A stretch of DNA of 64,000 nt from Octopus vulgaris (GCA_951406725.2 OX597818.1:134230001-134294000), one strand, 5' to 3'; positions 1-12,379 are shown, counted from the first letter of the stretch. Made by a program: numbers and translations. Notes: generated by a model from the letters alone, not told the origin.

Positions 1-1060
1 TCCTGGGTCTACCTCTTTCACAGGTTCCCTCCACAGTTAGATATTGACATTTCTTTATGCTGCTGTTCTTGTCCTTACACATCACATGGCCATACCAGCA
101 TAGTCTTCTCTCTTGCACACCACATATGATGCCTCTTGGACCCAATTTTTTTCTTAAGGTATTCACACTCTGTCATATGCGCACACTGACATTGTACATT
201 CAGTGGAATATATTGGGTTGTCCGGAAAGTTTGTGTCGATTTTTAAAGGAAAGTAAAAGGTCAATAAATACTTGCCATTACATTTTTAATCAACCAAATG
301 TGAACCATTTTGTTGCACAATGTGTCTCCATCTTTCCTTTAACTTGAAAATACCCTCTTCCTAGAATTGAGGTGGTTTCATGGCAAAGAATTCATCAAGG
401 TATCTTTTTACGTCATCCAAGGAATTGAAATTTTTACCATTAAGACTATTCTGCAGAGACCTGAATAAGTAGAAATCCGAAGGAGCCATATCTGGTGAAT
501 ATGGAGGGTGGGGTAACACATCCCAGCTGAGCTGCAGCTATTTTTGTCTGGTTCCCAAAGCATCAAGTGCTGAAAATGAACTCTCTTATCTTCCATTTTA
601 GAGGGTTCAGAATTAACACAGGTTATAGGAACATAAACCTTCTTCCACGAAAAGATAGCTTAAACTGTGCTCTAAATGGAGGTGTGGTCATATCCTATTT
701 TATGGACTCAACCATGTTCTAAAATAAGTCAAAAGTTAAGCTACTATAAATCGACACGACCTTTCCAGACAACCCAATACTAGCTTCATTTCTTTCAAGC
801 CTTTGCGTGTCCTCTGCAGTCACAGCCCATGTTTCACTGCTATGTAGCATGGCTGTTTGCACACGGGCATCATATAATCTGCCATTTAAAGGGAGAGGCC
901 CTTTGTTACCAACAAAGGTAGCAGTTCCCTTAACTTTACCCAGTCTGCTCTTAGAGTATCCACCTCCACTGCTGATTTGCTCACCTAGGTAATGGAAGCT
1001 ATCTACTACTTTTAGATATCCCCCTGGGCATTTGATGAAGTCTATTCTTTTTACGTGCAA
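1..1060 (-). mobile_element. Degraded RTE-clade LINE, C-terminal RT region (interrupted by a mariner MITE; continues 1570-1790)
   Basis: Minus-strand ORF 719-1060 reads KVVDSFHYLG...RLYDARVQTAMLHSSETWAVTAEDTQRLERNEAS, typical of RTE ORF C-termini; frameshifted. Confidence 0.75.
213..777 (-). mobile_element. Internally deleted mariner transposon (Tc1/mariner MITE)
   Basis: Imperfect ~30-bp TIRs TTGGGTTGTCCGGAAAGTTTGTGTCGATTT / AAATCGACACGACCTTTCCAGACAACCCAA flanked by TA at 211-212 and 778-779; ORF start MEDKRVHFQHLMLWE resembles a mariner transposase N-terminus. Confidence 0.8.
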
Positions 1061-1069
1061 CCAAAAGAA

Positions 1070-1565
1070 TACCCTCCATCAGGCATTTGCCATATCCTGA
1101 ACGCCTTACTTCCCTGGGCATGGACACATTGAAACTCCGACGTCTGGCAGCTGACTTGGCAGACACCCATAAAATTATCAACCATCTTACAAACAATAAC
1201 TCTGAGCACCTTTTCAAACTCCACCCATCTAACACCCGTGGACATATTTACAAAGTCAGAAAACAGCACAGCTCCCATGACTTCAGGAAACATATTTTCA
1301 CGCTGAGAGTTGCTGAAGGATGGAACAAACTGCCGGCATCAGTTGTTAGTTGTCGGAGCACTGCATCCTTCAAAACTTCCATGCTTCCTGAGATTCGCCA
1401 ACACTACACCTGATTTTCTCCCCTCCATACACACACAGGCATGTATCTGACTCATACATTGTTCGCTTTCCAGACATTTCTACATTACTGCATGTACTTT
1501 ATATGTACTTTCTGACAAGTTGTGGTGCACCTGAGCACTGTTTACAATAATTTCATTATTATTAT
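1070..1565 (+). mobile_element. 5'-truncated CR1-clade LINE 3' end with (ATT)n tail
   Basis: YPERLTSLGMDTLKLRR...NTRGHIYK...FTLRVAEGWNKLP is the typical CR1 ORF2 C-terminus; near-identical copies at 43450-43852, 46248-46632 and 48585-48912. Confidence 0.85.
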
Positions 1566-1809
1566 ATTACATTCTTAATATTGATTGTGCAAATACACCT
1601 GTCATACACAAAGATTACTTCCTCTGTTATCCCTCCTCTGATACTGCTGCACCCTACACCCTACATCTTTGCTACATATCGAGCAGGGCTGTCTCCTTGA
1701 AGGGATTTGTGACTTGTCTTTTTTCTTACTTTCTAAGACTTTGATCTTTGCTAAATTAACTGTAAGATCCTGTAACAGATGCCATATACAGAGATGTTTC
1801 TAATAGGGT

Positions 1810-2020
1810 AAAGCTGAAAAAGAGGTAATTTCTACTCTTCTCCTCTGGAAGCCATCTACTCGCAATACCAGAGGGCGCACACTCTCCTACTCTGATGTAA
1901 TCTCCAGGGATATAGGCATCCAGCAACAGGACCTCCCTAATGCCATGATGGACCGTGAAGTCTGGCATAGCATGGTAAATTCCATTGTCTCGACCACGGT
2001 CGAACAATGATGAATGATGA
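1810..2020 (+). mobile_element. Short RTE-like LINE 3' fragment with (TGA)n tail
   Basis: Nearly identical to the 3' part of 2521-3044. Confidence 0.8.
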
Positions 2021-2039
2021 AAGGTTGGCAACGAGTATA

Positions 2040-3870
2040 ACAATGAATTCAGTGTACAGGCAGGAGTTCACCAAGGATCAGTTCTCAACTCAACTCTTGT
2101 TTATCTTAGTCCTCTAGACCTTAACAGAGGAATTCAAGATTGTCTCTTCCTGGGAGCTCCTCTACACTGATGACCTTGTTCTTATAACTGACTCACTACC
2201 TGACCTAGACAAGAAATTTCAGGTGTGGAAGCAAGGCCAAGAATCTAAGGATCTTAGAATTAATTTAGCAAAAACCAAGGTCCTAGTCAGTAGGAAAACA
2301 GACAAATCACAAGTCCCTTGTGAGAGATGGCCCTGTTTGATGTGTAAGAAGAGTGTTGGTAGAAACGCCATACATTGTACCCAGTGCAAGCTTTGGACAC
2401 ATAAGAGGTGTAGCAGCACCACAGGAAAGTTAATGGAGAAAATTGTGTTTGTGTATGGCAAATGTGTGGTATAATAAGCACTAAAAATGCACAGACTCCC
2501 TCAAATGCTTTGTGGGGAAATCATTAGAAAGGGTATGGCCTGGTCAGCCTGTAATGACATGCATAAGATCTGGTCATCAAATCTAAGTAGAGATTTCAAA
2601 CTTGAAATCTTCAAAGCCACAGTCGAACCAATTCTACTATATGGCTCAGAAACCTGGACGTTATCAAAGAAGCTTGAGAGGCGGTTGGATGGAACCTACA
2701 CTTGCCTCCTTATGAGAGCTCAAAATCTCCCGTGGAAGCGCCATCCAACCAAAATGCAAATATATGGGAAACTACCACCTGTGTCATCTCTTGTGAAAGG
2801 TAGGAGAGTCCAGTTTGCTGGACATTGTTGTAGAGCTGAAAAAGAAGTAATTTCTACTCTTCTCCTCTGGAAGCCATCTACTCGCAATACCAGAGGGCGC
2901 ACACTCTCCTACCCTGATGTAATCTCCAGGGATACAGGCATCCAGCAACAGGACCTCCGTAATGCCATGATGGACCGTGAAGTCTGGCGTAGCATGGTAA
3001 ATTCCATTGTCTCGACCACGGTCGAACAATGATGATGATGATGAGAAGTAGTAGATAGCTTCTGTTACCTAGGCAACCAAGTTTGCAGTGGAGGAGGGAG
3101 TTCTGAAAGTGTAGTTGCTAGAATAAGAATGGGCTGGGCAAAGTTCAGAGAGCTTCTACCTTTGTTGGTAACTAAGGGCCCCTCCCTCTGAGCGAAGGAC
3201 AGATTGTATGATGCCTGTATACATACAGCTATGCTACATGACAGTGAAACATGGGCTTGTGAAGGTTTGAAAGGAACGAAGCTAGCATGCTCCACTAGAT
3301 GGGTAACATTAGTGTGCACACATGACAGTGTAAATGACTTAGAGGAAAACTGAGTATAAGAGGCATCAAATGTTGGGTACAAGAGAGAAGATTGTGCTGG
3401 TTTGGTCATGGGATGTATGGACGAAGACAACTGCATGAAGAAGGGCTGAGTTCTAACTATGAAGAGAACCTGTGGAACGGGTAGACCCAGGAAGATGTGG
3501 GACAAAGTGGTGAGAACGGATCTTCAGATGCTGGGGAAATAACAAGGGACCAGGTGTTGTGGCAATTTGTTGTACTTGAGAAGACACATCAAACTGAGTA
3601 AAATCACTGTCATTCATCAATACTGATGTGACCTTTACAGGTGCCAGTGCCACTTAAAATGCACTCATGCTAGTGCCGCGTAAACATACCCATGCCAGTG
3701 GAACGTGAATTGCACTCAGCACACACTTTGTAAAGTGGTTGGCATTAGGAAGGGCATCCAGCCATAGAAACCATGCCACAACAGGCAACTGGAGTCTGGA
3801 CAGATCCCTGGCTGGCCATTTCCTGTCAAACCACCCAGCCCACTTCTCTATGCAACTGTCCTCGTCCATC
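2040..3870 (+). mobile_element. Old RTE LINE RT region and 3' UTR, interrupted by a younger RTE at 2521-3044
   Basis: GVHQGSVL, LYTDDLV, INLAKTK, a Cys/His insert (CTQCKLWTHKRC) and EVVDSFCYLG motifs with stops. Confidence 0.75.
2521..3044 (+). mobile_element. Young 5'-truncated RTE-like LINE 3' end
   Basis: Open frame ...KATVEPILLYGSETWTL...RRVQFAGHC...TTVEQ* followed by (TGA)n; highly similar copy at 42470-42961. Confidence 0.85.
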
Positions 3871-4144
3871 CACATCGCATGGCCAAACTAGTGTAGTGGG
3901 GAAAGTAATTTTGGTAGTCAGAGAGTATGATAGGATTAGATTAAGTTACCAGCGAGTCAACAGCAACAGTTATCTCTGCATGTCAGAAGAACCACTTCTG
4001 TGAACCTCTTCCGAAGACTACTTCCGTGATGATCAACAATGGCTTCATTATCGTGGTGGCAGTTTCATGTTGGCCAACATATTGATGGCTTCCATGACAA
4101 ACATAGATATGGATCAAGAAATTAGGAGGATGTATAAAAATAAT

Positions 4145-4395
4145 ACTCTTTACTCTTTTACTTGTTTCAGTCATTTGACTGTGGCCATGCTGGAGCACCA
4201 CCTTTAGTCGAGCAACTCGACCCCGGGACTTATGGTAAAAGAGTACAGCAGGGATCACCACCCCCTGCCGGAGCCTCGTCAAGCTTTTTTAGGTGTTTTC
4301 GCTCAATAAACACTCACAACGCCCGGTCTGGGAATCGAAACCGCGATCCTGCGACCGCGAGTCCGCTGCCCTAACCACTAGGCCATTGCGCCTCC
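4145..4395 (-). mobile_element. Chimeric SINE: family-A tRNA-like head (4234-4395) fused to family-C 3' tail (4145-4233)
   Basis: Each half matches the corresponding full copies elsewhere in the window (e.g. 7055-7434 and 9630-10035). Confidence 0.75.
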
Positions 4396-5232
4396 AGACT
4401 TCTCCAATACTTCTTTCCATTAAAAAAAATATTCCATTGTTCATGGCTTAAATTCTTTCCGTTCAATTTCATAATTCACAATGTTTCACAAGTGAGTTTT
4501 CTTGACAGCTAACAATGTCCCCCTATTTCTCCATCTCCCTTTGTAGGTTACAGCTGTTTGGTCCAGGATTGCTTATTCAAGCAGCCAGATCTTGCTTATC
4601 TCACAACTAACTGTTGTGTCTGGTGGCCCGGCTAAACCAACTGGCAGGAAACTCGGGGTTAAACTGCAAACAAGATGGTTGAATAGGGTTCATAAGCTTG
4701 GTTGGTCTCACTCACTCGGGATATGCAGCTGGATCAATTAGAGACAGTTGCTTCTGACAGGACCTAGTGGAAGGTGGACTTGAGAACTCTGCCTGCCCCC
4801 CACCCCCCATGACCCTCCCAAGAATAAGTGGGCAAAAATGAGACGATAGTGTTTCATGTACACTTTCCCTAAAGTAACAGAAAAGATAACATAGCTTGAT
4901 CACAGCAAGGATGTGGCAGACTTGAGTAAAACTTCCCTTACCAGGTAGTCTTTTTTGTCTTAGGAAAAGCTGAGAACTCTTACTCTCTTTTACTCTTTTA
5001 ATTGTTTCAGTCATTTGACTGCAGCCATGCTGGAGCACCGCCTTTAATCGAGCAACTCGACCCCAGGACTTATTCTTTGTAAGCCCAGTACTTATTCTAT
5101 CGGTCTCTTAGCCGAACCGCTAAGTGACGGGCACGTAAACACACCAGCATTGGTTGTCAAGCAATGCTAGGGGGACAAACACTGACACACAAACACACAC
5201 ACATACATACATACATATATATATATATATAT

Positions 5233-5606
5233 GAGGTTTTTCACGCTATCTACCTGATAATTTCTTATTAAGATTCCTTATTAAGAGGTTGTCCTTAATT
5301 GCTAAATAATTTTATTCCGAAAAAACTTTTCCTATCCGAAATGCAATTCGAAGAAGCCTGCCATTTACCGGATGTAATATATGTAAACTCCCCCATGTGC
5401 TTCGTTGAAGTTGAACAGTTAGCTGCTTGGCTTCGACGAGACAGGGTCGTTTATGTATGATACGTTCAGGCTTGCTGAAGAGTACATAAGTACGAAATCA
5501 CAGGTGATACAACTCTATTTTTTAAATGTCTTGCTTTGAAAGATTGCATTCGGTGGGATTAGTAAAATTTAGCGTGTGGCATCTATGTATAATAATGCCC
5601 TCTCTA
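5233..5606 (+). mobile_element. Penelope-like pseudo-LTR fragment inserted in (TA)n
   Basis: Unique segment inside the SINE's TA microsatellite carrying a minimal hammerhead motif, an established Penelope pLTR hallmark. Confidence 0.6.
5468..5516 (+). ncRNA. Minimal type-I hammerhead ribozyme
   Basis: TTG-CTGAAGA-GTAC(ATAA)GTAC-GAAA-TCAC(AG)GTGA-TA-CAA: intact core, 4-bp stem II, stem III, stem I (AGG.TTG/CAA.TCT); predicted cleavage after A5509. Confidence 0.8.
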
Positions 5607-5927
5607 TATAAATTATATATATATATATATATATATACGACAGTCTTCTTTCAGTTTCCGTCTACCAAATCCACTTACAAGGCATTGGTTGGCCCGGGGC
5701 TATAGCAGAAGACACTTGCCCAAGATGCCACGCAGTGGGACTGAACCCGGAACCATGTGGTTGGTAAACCAGCTACTTACCACACAGCCACTCCTGCGCC
5801 TATGTGTAATTTTTCTTGTGAAATAATCTATATAAGTAAGATAGAAAAACCAACTGTTTCAATTGTTATATGAATTATTTATTATATTACTTTTTTTATT
5901 CATTTGGCCTTTTTTGCTTATTTACAG

Positions 5928-6845
5928 ATAGAGCAGATTAAAGTGCAGAATCAACAGCAACAGATGCTTATTTCTCAGAATCAAGATTCTTTAAGTCTGG
6001 ATAAATCTGAAGAAATGGAACAAGCGTTAGACATCCTGAAACGTTCTAATCTTGAAGTGGAACTTTCTGCAAAAGAAAAAGAAATCAGCCAGCTTGTAGA
6101 TGATGTGCAACGCCTGCAGATGTCACAGACGAAACTACGCGAGTCAACAAGTGCTCGGATCAACCAGCTGGAAGAAGAACTCAATCAGAAGAACACTGCA
6201 TACCAAGAACTTGAAGAAAAATTGAAATTACAAGGAGATTATGAGGAGATCAGCCGAGAGTTAACTATTTTGAAATCCATTGAATTCTGTAAATCTTCTG
6301 ACGAAGTTTCTGTACCTCAGTCAAAGTCGCTGGAGCTTTTACTTCTGGAGAAAAATAAAAGTTTACAAGCTGAGACGACACAGCTGAAGATGGCCAATAG
6401 TGAGTTGAGCAAACAATATACAAAACTGCAGGACAGCTATAAAGAAGCTGCTTCTACTCTTACAGAACAAAAAACAATGATATCTCAACTTGAAGAAGAT
6501 TTACGCAGTGTTAATGCATTATCTTCGATGTTTCGTGGTGCAGCTGAAGGTGTTGAAGCTAAACCTGTCACTCCTACCGCCGAGGTTATGGCAGATTTTG
6601 TTAAAGAGATGACTCCTCCGGTGAATGGAGAGAGTGACAAGTCTTCTCTAACTGCCGCCTCCTCTCTTCTACCAATTGTTCAGAGTCAAAGAGAACGTTA
6701 CCGTCTGCGAGCCCAGGACCTAGAAACACAGAATTTGGTTTTGAAACAACAAGTCACTTTGCTCCAGAATGAGACTGACAAACTCCGATCCGACAACGTC
6801 AAGCTGTATGAGAAAATACGATTCTTACAAAGTTATCCATCAAAA
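5928..6845 (+). CDS. CUX1: Protein CASP (CUX1/CASP locus, Golgi coiled-coil protein), penultimate coding exon, 918 nt, phase 0-0
   Basis: Acceptor TTTACAG|5928 and donor 6845|GTAAGT; ELTILKSIEF, LELLLLEKNKSLQ, LLPIVQSQRERYR and DKLRSDNVKLYEKIRFLQSYP match CASP/Coy1 conserved blocks. Confidence 0.92.
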
Positions 6846-7054
6846 GTAAGTAGTTTAATGTTTTGTATCTTTTTTTTTTTTTAATTCTTTTTCTAACTGT
6901 CATATTTGCTGACATATCTGATGCCCTTTTATTTTTAAATGTATCAAAAATTTGCTTTATGTCTTATTCAGCTGCAATGCGGATGGGTGACCAAGTGTTG
7001 TAAGTTAGGGAGCTGGATGGGCAGAAGTATGTGAGGCCAATAATTGTTACTAGT

Positions 7055-7434
7055 GGAAGCACTCCGTCGGTTCCGACGACGAGGGTTCCGGTTGATCCGA
7101 TCAACGAAACAGCCTGCTCGTGAAATTAACGTGTAAGTGGCTGAGCACTCCACAGACACGTGTACCCTTAACGTAGTTCTCAGAGATATTCAGCGTGACA
7201 CAGAGTGTGACAAGGCTGGCCCTTTGAAAAACAGGTACAACAGAAACAGGAAGAAAGAGTGAGAGAAAGTTGTGGTGAAAGAGTACAGCAGGGATCACCA
7301 CCATCCCTGCCGGAGCCTTGTCGAGCTTTAGGTGTTTTCGCTCAATAAACACTCACAACGCCCGGTCTGGGAATCGAAACCGCGATCCTACGACCGCGAG
7401 TCCGCTGCCCTAACCACTGGGCCATTGCGCCTCC
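7055..7434 (-). mobile_element. tRNA-derived SINE, family A
   Basis: Head GGAGGCGCAATGGCCCAGTGGTTAGGGCAGCGGACTCGCGG...TTCGATTCCC with A/B boxes; multiple near-identical copies. Confidence 0.9.
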
Positions 7435-7874
7435 TAAACAACTTATACAGTTTATTTGGAAGAAGATAAAGTATGGTACTTCAATAACATAATTTATTTA
7501 TGATAAATTTATGGTTTCATACTTTATTCCAGTCTGCTCTTCCCCTGGTGAAGAGGATTGGCCTGCAAGAGTCCTGTGTTGGTGCCAAAAATAAACTTGT
7601 ACTGGTGACCTGTAAAGGTACTTGTGTTGTCCATGTTAAAATCATCCAGCACACACTGATAAAGTGGGTGGTGTTAGGAAGGGCATCCAACCATAGAAAC
7701 CGTGCCAAGTTAGACCTGATGCAGCTCTCTGGCTTATCAGCCCTGGTCAGATTGTCCAACCCGTGCCAACATGGAAAGTGGATGTTAAATGATGATGCTA
7801 TAGCATATTATTAACATGTACAGAATCGTAAGTTTTTTCCCCAGAAAACCACTTTAAAATATCTTTCAGTAAGT

Positions 7875-8130
7875 GCATCATCATCATCGTTAAACGTCTG
7901 TTCTCCATGCTAGCATGGGTTGGACGGTTTGACCGGGGATCTGGGAAGCCAGAAGGCTGCACCAGGCTCCGGTCTAATCTGGCAATGTTTCTACAGCTGG
8001 ATGCCCTTCCTAACGCCAACCACTCCGTGAGTGTAGTGGGTGCTTTTTACGTGCCACCTGCACTGGTGCCAGGCGAGGCTGGCATCGGCCACGGTCGGAT
8101 TGGTGCATTTTACGTGCCACCTGCACCTGC
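7875..8130 (-). mobile_element. RTE-type 3' UTR repeat (family D) with (ATG)n tail
   Basis: GGATGCCCTTCCTAACGCCAACCAC core; similar copies at 7590-7798(+), 15686-15985, 44420-44630(+), 57043-57298 and 61115-61670. Confidence 0.75.
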
Positions 8131-8489
8131 ATGGTGGAATATATTAAATTTGTTTTTTTCCATAAAATATACTAGTAAAATGGGGGTTCATCTCATATGA
8201 GAATGTGTCTTATATGCCAGCAAACACAGTGTTTTTATTCAAATAATTTTTTAATGAACATTTTTCATTCATTTCAGTTATGATTTCATTAAAGTTGACA
8301 TGATGTTAAATGAAACTTGTAGTCAGTGTAGTGTAACTGATCCAGTCAGAGGTTTTTATATCATTCTACTTTTAGTTAATTACTGATTATTAAGTAGCAT
8401 TAAATCAAATATGAATATTCAAGTGATATTTTTGTATTTCTGAGCCAAATGTTAAATTGAGGCTATTATTTTAAAGCTAGTTTTAAAAT

Positions 8490-8842
8490 GTTTGCAAAAG
8501 GGACATGAAGGCTTGCAACATCAATATTAGCGGTTGGGAGGCAGTCGCCGGCAACCGTGGAGAATGGCGATGTACCGTAAGGGAGGGAATACAAAGGAGT
8601 GACAGAGAGAGAGAGAGAGGAGAGATGGAAAGAAAAGAAGAGACAACAACAAGAAACTATGGCATTACAACCAGCCAGGAACAGTCTTCACTATATTTGC
8701 GGTACCTGCCAGAGGGAGTGTTTGTCCAGGATAGGACTACACAGCCACAGCAGGAAATGTATCAGGACATGAAATGTAAAAGCTGGACTAGACTACTTTA
8801 TGCGCAACCCCATTGTCTCCTGAGACAAAAAGGATGCCAACA
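8490..8842 (+). mobile_element. RTE LINE 3' fragment
   Basis: DMKACNINISGWEAVAGNRGEWR, then a terminal Zn-finger-like CGTCQRECLSRIGLHSH. Confidence 0.75.
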
Positions 8843-9199
8843 GTTTAAAAATACCAACAGAACTGTTTGAAAGCCTGCCAATTCCTATTCTTGGATGGTA
8901 ACAGGTTGCCTGGTTTATTTCTCTCATCACTTTCTTGCAAGCATTCAGGCCAGTTTTCCAGTCTCAAAAAATCTTCTTCCCTTCCACCCTCTAGTCATGT
9001 AAACTGTAACTCTTCTCTAATGAAGAGTGGTGGCTGTTTTAAATATGAGGGTTGTATTTGCTGAGGTTCAGCATCATCATCATCATCGTTTAACGTCCGT
9101 TCTCCATGCAAGCATGGGTTGGACGGTTCGACCGGGGATCTGGGAAGCCAGAAGGTTAACATGTACAATGTTGTATGGTGGTAAGGTATTGAGAAAGAA

Positions 9200-9432
9200 A
9201 GGCGGCGAGCTGGCATAAACGGTAGCACGCCGGGCGAAATGCGTAGCCATATTTCGTCTGCCGTTCACGTTCTGAGTTCAAATTCCGCCGAGGTCGACTT
9301 TGCCTTTCATCCTTTCGGGGTCGATAAATTAAGTACCATTAACGCACTGGGGTCGATGTAATCGACTTAATCCGTTTGTCTGTCCTTGTTTGTCCTCTCT
9401 ATGTTTAGCCCCTGGTGGGTAGTAAAGAAATA
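9200..9432 (+). mobile_element. SINE family B with a 15-bp TSD
   Basis: AGGCGGCGAGCTGGC...GAGTTCAAATTCC...AAAGAAATA; TSD GGTATTGAGAAAGAA at 9185-9199 and 9433-9447. Confidence 0.9.
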
Positions 9433-9629
9433 GGTATTGAGAAAGAATGTAGAAGGTTTGTGGAGGTCAGACAGAAATGAGACAGCTAAGGCTTCGTGTA
9501 TGAATGAGAGCTGAGCTTTAAGGGCATCAACATTGGGTGTGCATTAGGGATTGAGATACATGATGATATGCCATTATGAAGTGATAAGAATGTACAGAAG
9601 CTAGTCTTGAAAGGTTTTTGTTCTTCTAT

Positions 9630-10035
9630 TACTCTTTTACTCTTTTACTTGTTTCAGTCATTTGACTGCGGCCATGCTGGAGCACCGCCTTTAGTCGAGC
9701 AACTCGACCCCGGGACTTGTAAGCCCAGTACTTATTCTATCGGTCTCTTTTTGCCGAACCGCTAAGTGACGGGGACGTAAACACACCAGCATCGGTTGTC
9801 AAGCAATGCTAGGGGGACAAACACTGACACACAAACACACACACACATACATATATATATACATATATATACGACAGGCTTCTTTCAGTTTCCGTCTACC
9901 AAATCCACTCACAAGGCATTGGTCGGCCCGGGGCTATAGCAGAAGACACTTGCCCAAGATGCCACGCAGTGGGACTGAACCCGGAACCATATGGTTGGTT
10001 AGCAAGCTACTTACCACACAGCCACTCCTGTGCCT
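9630..10035 (-). mobile_element. SINE family C
   Basis: Full-length copy matching 53643-54058. Confidence 0.9.
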
Positions 10036-10147
10036 ATATTTTTTTTTTATATATATTTTTTCTTCTATTTAAAAAATTTTTTTTTTTTTTAATTATTTTG
10101 TCGATTGTCCTTCACCAAATGTAAAGCTATTTCTCTGTATTTTTCAG

Positions 10148-10516
10148 TCTGAATCTCACATCAATGTCGACGAAACAGAAAGCCAGTACTCTTCTCAGTA
10201 CGAGGAGAGACTCAACCCTTTCAACACATTCAACCGCAAGGAACGAATGAAGCGTTACATGAACTTGAAACCCTACGACAAGATCACACTAAGCATGGGC
10301 CGTTTCATTATGGGCAACAAGGTCGCTCGTACTGTCACCTTCTTTTACACAATCTTCCTCCACTGCTTTGTGTTCTTGGTCCTTTATAAATTGGCGCACA
10401 CCGAGTCCTGTAAGCGGGATATGGCTGCTGAATGCCAAGCTAACTTTGCCGAACACATGATGAAGTTTCACAAACACACCGATACAGAAGGGAAGGAGCA
10501 ACACCTTTTTTCTTAA
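10148..10516 (+). CDS. CUX1: Protein CASP terminal coding exon (CASP C-terminal domain with TM anchor)
   Basis: Acceptor TTTTCAG|10148, in frame with the previous exon; YSSQYEERLNPF...PYDKITLSMGR...ARTVTFFYTIFLHCFVFLVLY carries the conserved TM Tyr and His of CASP/golgin-84; stop TAA at 10514-10516. Confidence 0.95.
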   Translation, partial: SESHINVDETESQYSSQYEERLNPFNTFNRKERMKRYMNLKPYDKITLSMGRFIMGNKVARTVTFFYTIFLHCFVFLVLYKLAHTESCKRDMAAECQANFAEHMMKFHKHTDTEGKEQHLFS

Positions 10517-10610
10517 AGGGTCATCAATAGAACCAATACATGGGGGGCTGTCATTCTTAAAGTTCTTACTGTCCCTTTCTTCTCTCGTTTCAGTTGTAAA
10601 CACATCAGCC

Positions 10611-10676
10611 GTATATATACTATATACACACTTGTGTGTATGTAATGTATCTATGTAAATGAGTATATACAAACAT

Positions 10677-10711
<35 letters not shown>

Positions 10712-10874
10712 CATATACACACATACACACGTATTCATACATACATATGTATGAATATGTGTGTATGTGTGTATATGTATATATATATATATATGTGTGT
10801 GTATGTGTATGTTTGTATATGTATGAGTGCATGTATTTGTTGTATGTATGAATACGTGTGTATGTGTGTATATG

Positions 10875-10905
<31 letters not shown>

Positions 10906-11006
10906 ATGTTTGTATATGTATATATATATATGTGTGTGTGTGTGTGTATGTTTGTATATATCTATATGTATGTATATATACATATATATGTGTGTGTGTG
11001 TGTATG
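10611..11006. repeat. Compound (TA)/(CA)/(TG) microsatellite in the presumed CASP 3' UTR
   Basis: Directly visible. Confidence 0.95.
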
Positions 11007-11701
11007 TAAGTATATCTCATCATGCACGCACACACATTTAGAGGCGTGGGTGTACTAACTACTGAGTATGACTTGGTAACTTGTACTATTTTTTTTACTA
11101 ATTGTTTTTGGTGCCTCTGTAGTCATGGGCAGACGTAGACACCTTGGCCCTCCTATGCTTGATCCCGTGGAACATCCAGGATTTGACTGCTAGAGGGAAA
11201 GATAGCTGCAGCAGTATCTGGCCAGTGCACTCTTTCAGCTGAGTGAACTACAGCAGCATGTAAGGTTTGCATTGCTTAAAGACACTGTGCATTGTCCGGT
11301 CCATGAAGCAAATCCATGACCTTATGCCTGTGCAGTCAACATATCCTACCTACTAGGGTACATGCGCTCACATGTGTGTGCATGATTAGTATGTAGTAAG
11401 CAAGAAGGATTTTAAATGTATATCTCGTGAGGAGATGAATCAAGCCAGCATCTTATTGACAGAAATGAAATTACTAATTTGTTTGATCACATCACTATGA
11501 GGCTGGCTGTAGATATGAGCTTCACACACTTATACACACACACACACACATATATATTACATTCTATACACTTCTATACACTTCTGTCAAGTGTGTGTGA
11601 TTAACGTTCTTTAATATTTTGTAATTTGTATGATGAAACATACATGTGGACCAGCATACTGTGTGTGTATGGATGTGTGTGTGCATAAGTGTGAAGGGCA
11701 T

Positions 11702-12266
11702 GACTTGCGCCCGTCCCCACAAACCACCCTTTAAAAAAAAATATTTTTTTTTGCGACACAAACCCCACTTTTCAGCTACGGAGAATACGAATCTGCAAAA
11801 AAAAAAATTGGCAAAAATCGGCATTTTTAAATTAACCCTACCAACACACCCCTACCCCCATTTCCTTCATTTTTTTACTTTTTTCATAATCTTTTTTTTT
11901 TTCAAAATATGCGTAAAAATACGGAGATTATGATTCTGAAAAAAAATTTCCAAAAATGTTTGTAAAATTTTTTTTAAAGAATTTTTCTTTTTTTCTAAAT
12001 ATGCGGAAAAATTTGGACTTTATATAATTCAAACAAAAATTTCAAATCATTTCTGTAGTTGCAGTTAGGGTTAGTGTTGGGGAAAAAAGTCAAAATTGAA
12101 TAATTGGGGGATTGGAGGGGAGTAAAATTTAACAATGCCAATTTTTTTGGCAATTTTCTGGAACCTCTGTATCTGAAAACGGGGTGGGGGTGGGACTTTT
12201 GGAAAAAAAAAATTAAAATAAAATAAACAAATTTGGGAGAAAAAGTGGTTGGGACGGGCAGAAGTC
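11702..12266. mobile_element. MITE-like element with imperfect TIRs, flanked by a ~230-bp direct duplication
   Basis: GACTTGCGCCCGTCCC... versus ...GGGACGGGCAGAAGTC; flanks 11447-11680 and 12283-12495 are similar to each other. Confidence 0.55.
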
Positions 12267-12340
12267 TTTCCATATGAAGTAAGCATCTTATTGACAGAAA
12301 TGAAATCCCTAATTTGTTTGATCGAGCTTTATGCACTTAT

Positions 12341-12379
<39 letters not shown>

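Larger units (their letters stand above)
4975..5801 (-). mobile_element. tRNA-derived SINE, family C (internal TA/TG microsatellite, GTAAAAGA-repeat tail), interrupted at 5233-5606
   Basis: Pol III A/B-box-like head (TGGCTGTGTGG...GGTTCAGTCCC) and a CORE-like TTGGGCAAGT segment; many near-identical copies in the window. Confidence 0.85.

Noticed and set aside
10289-11058. Long ORFs rich in Y/I/H/T/V/C/M (also near 18.5-19.0 kb, 24.2-24.6 kb, 41.2-41.5 kb and 58.2-58.5 kb)
   Set aside because: Translations of di- and tetranucleotide microsatellites, not proteins
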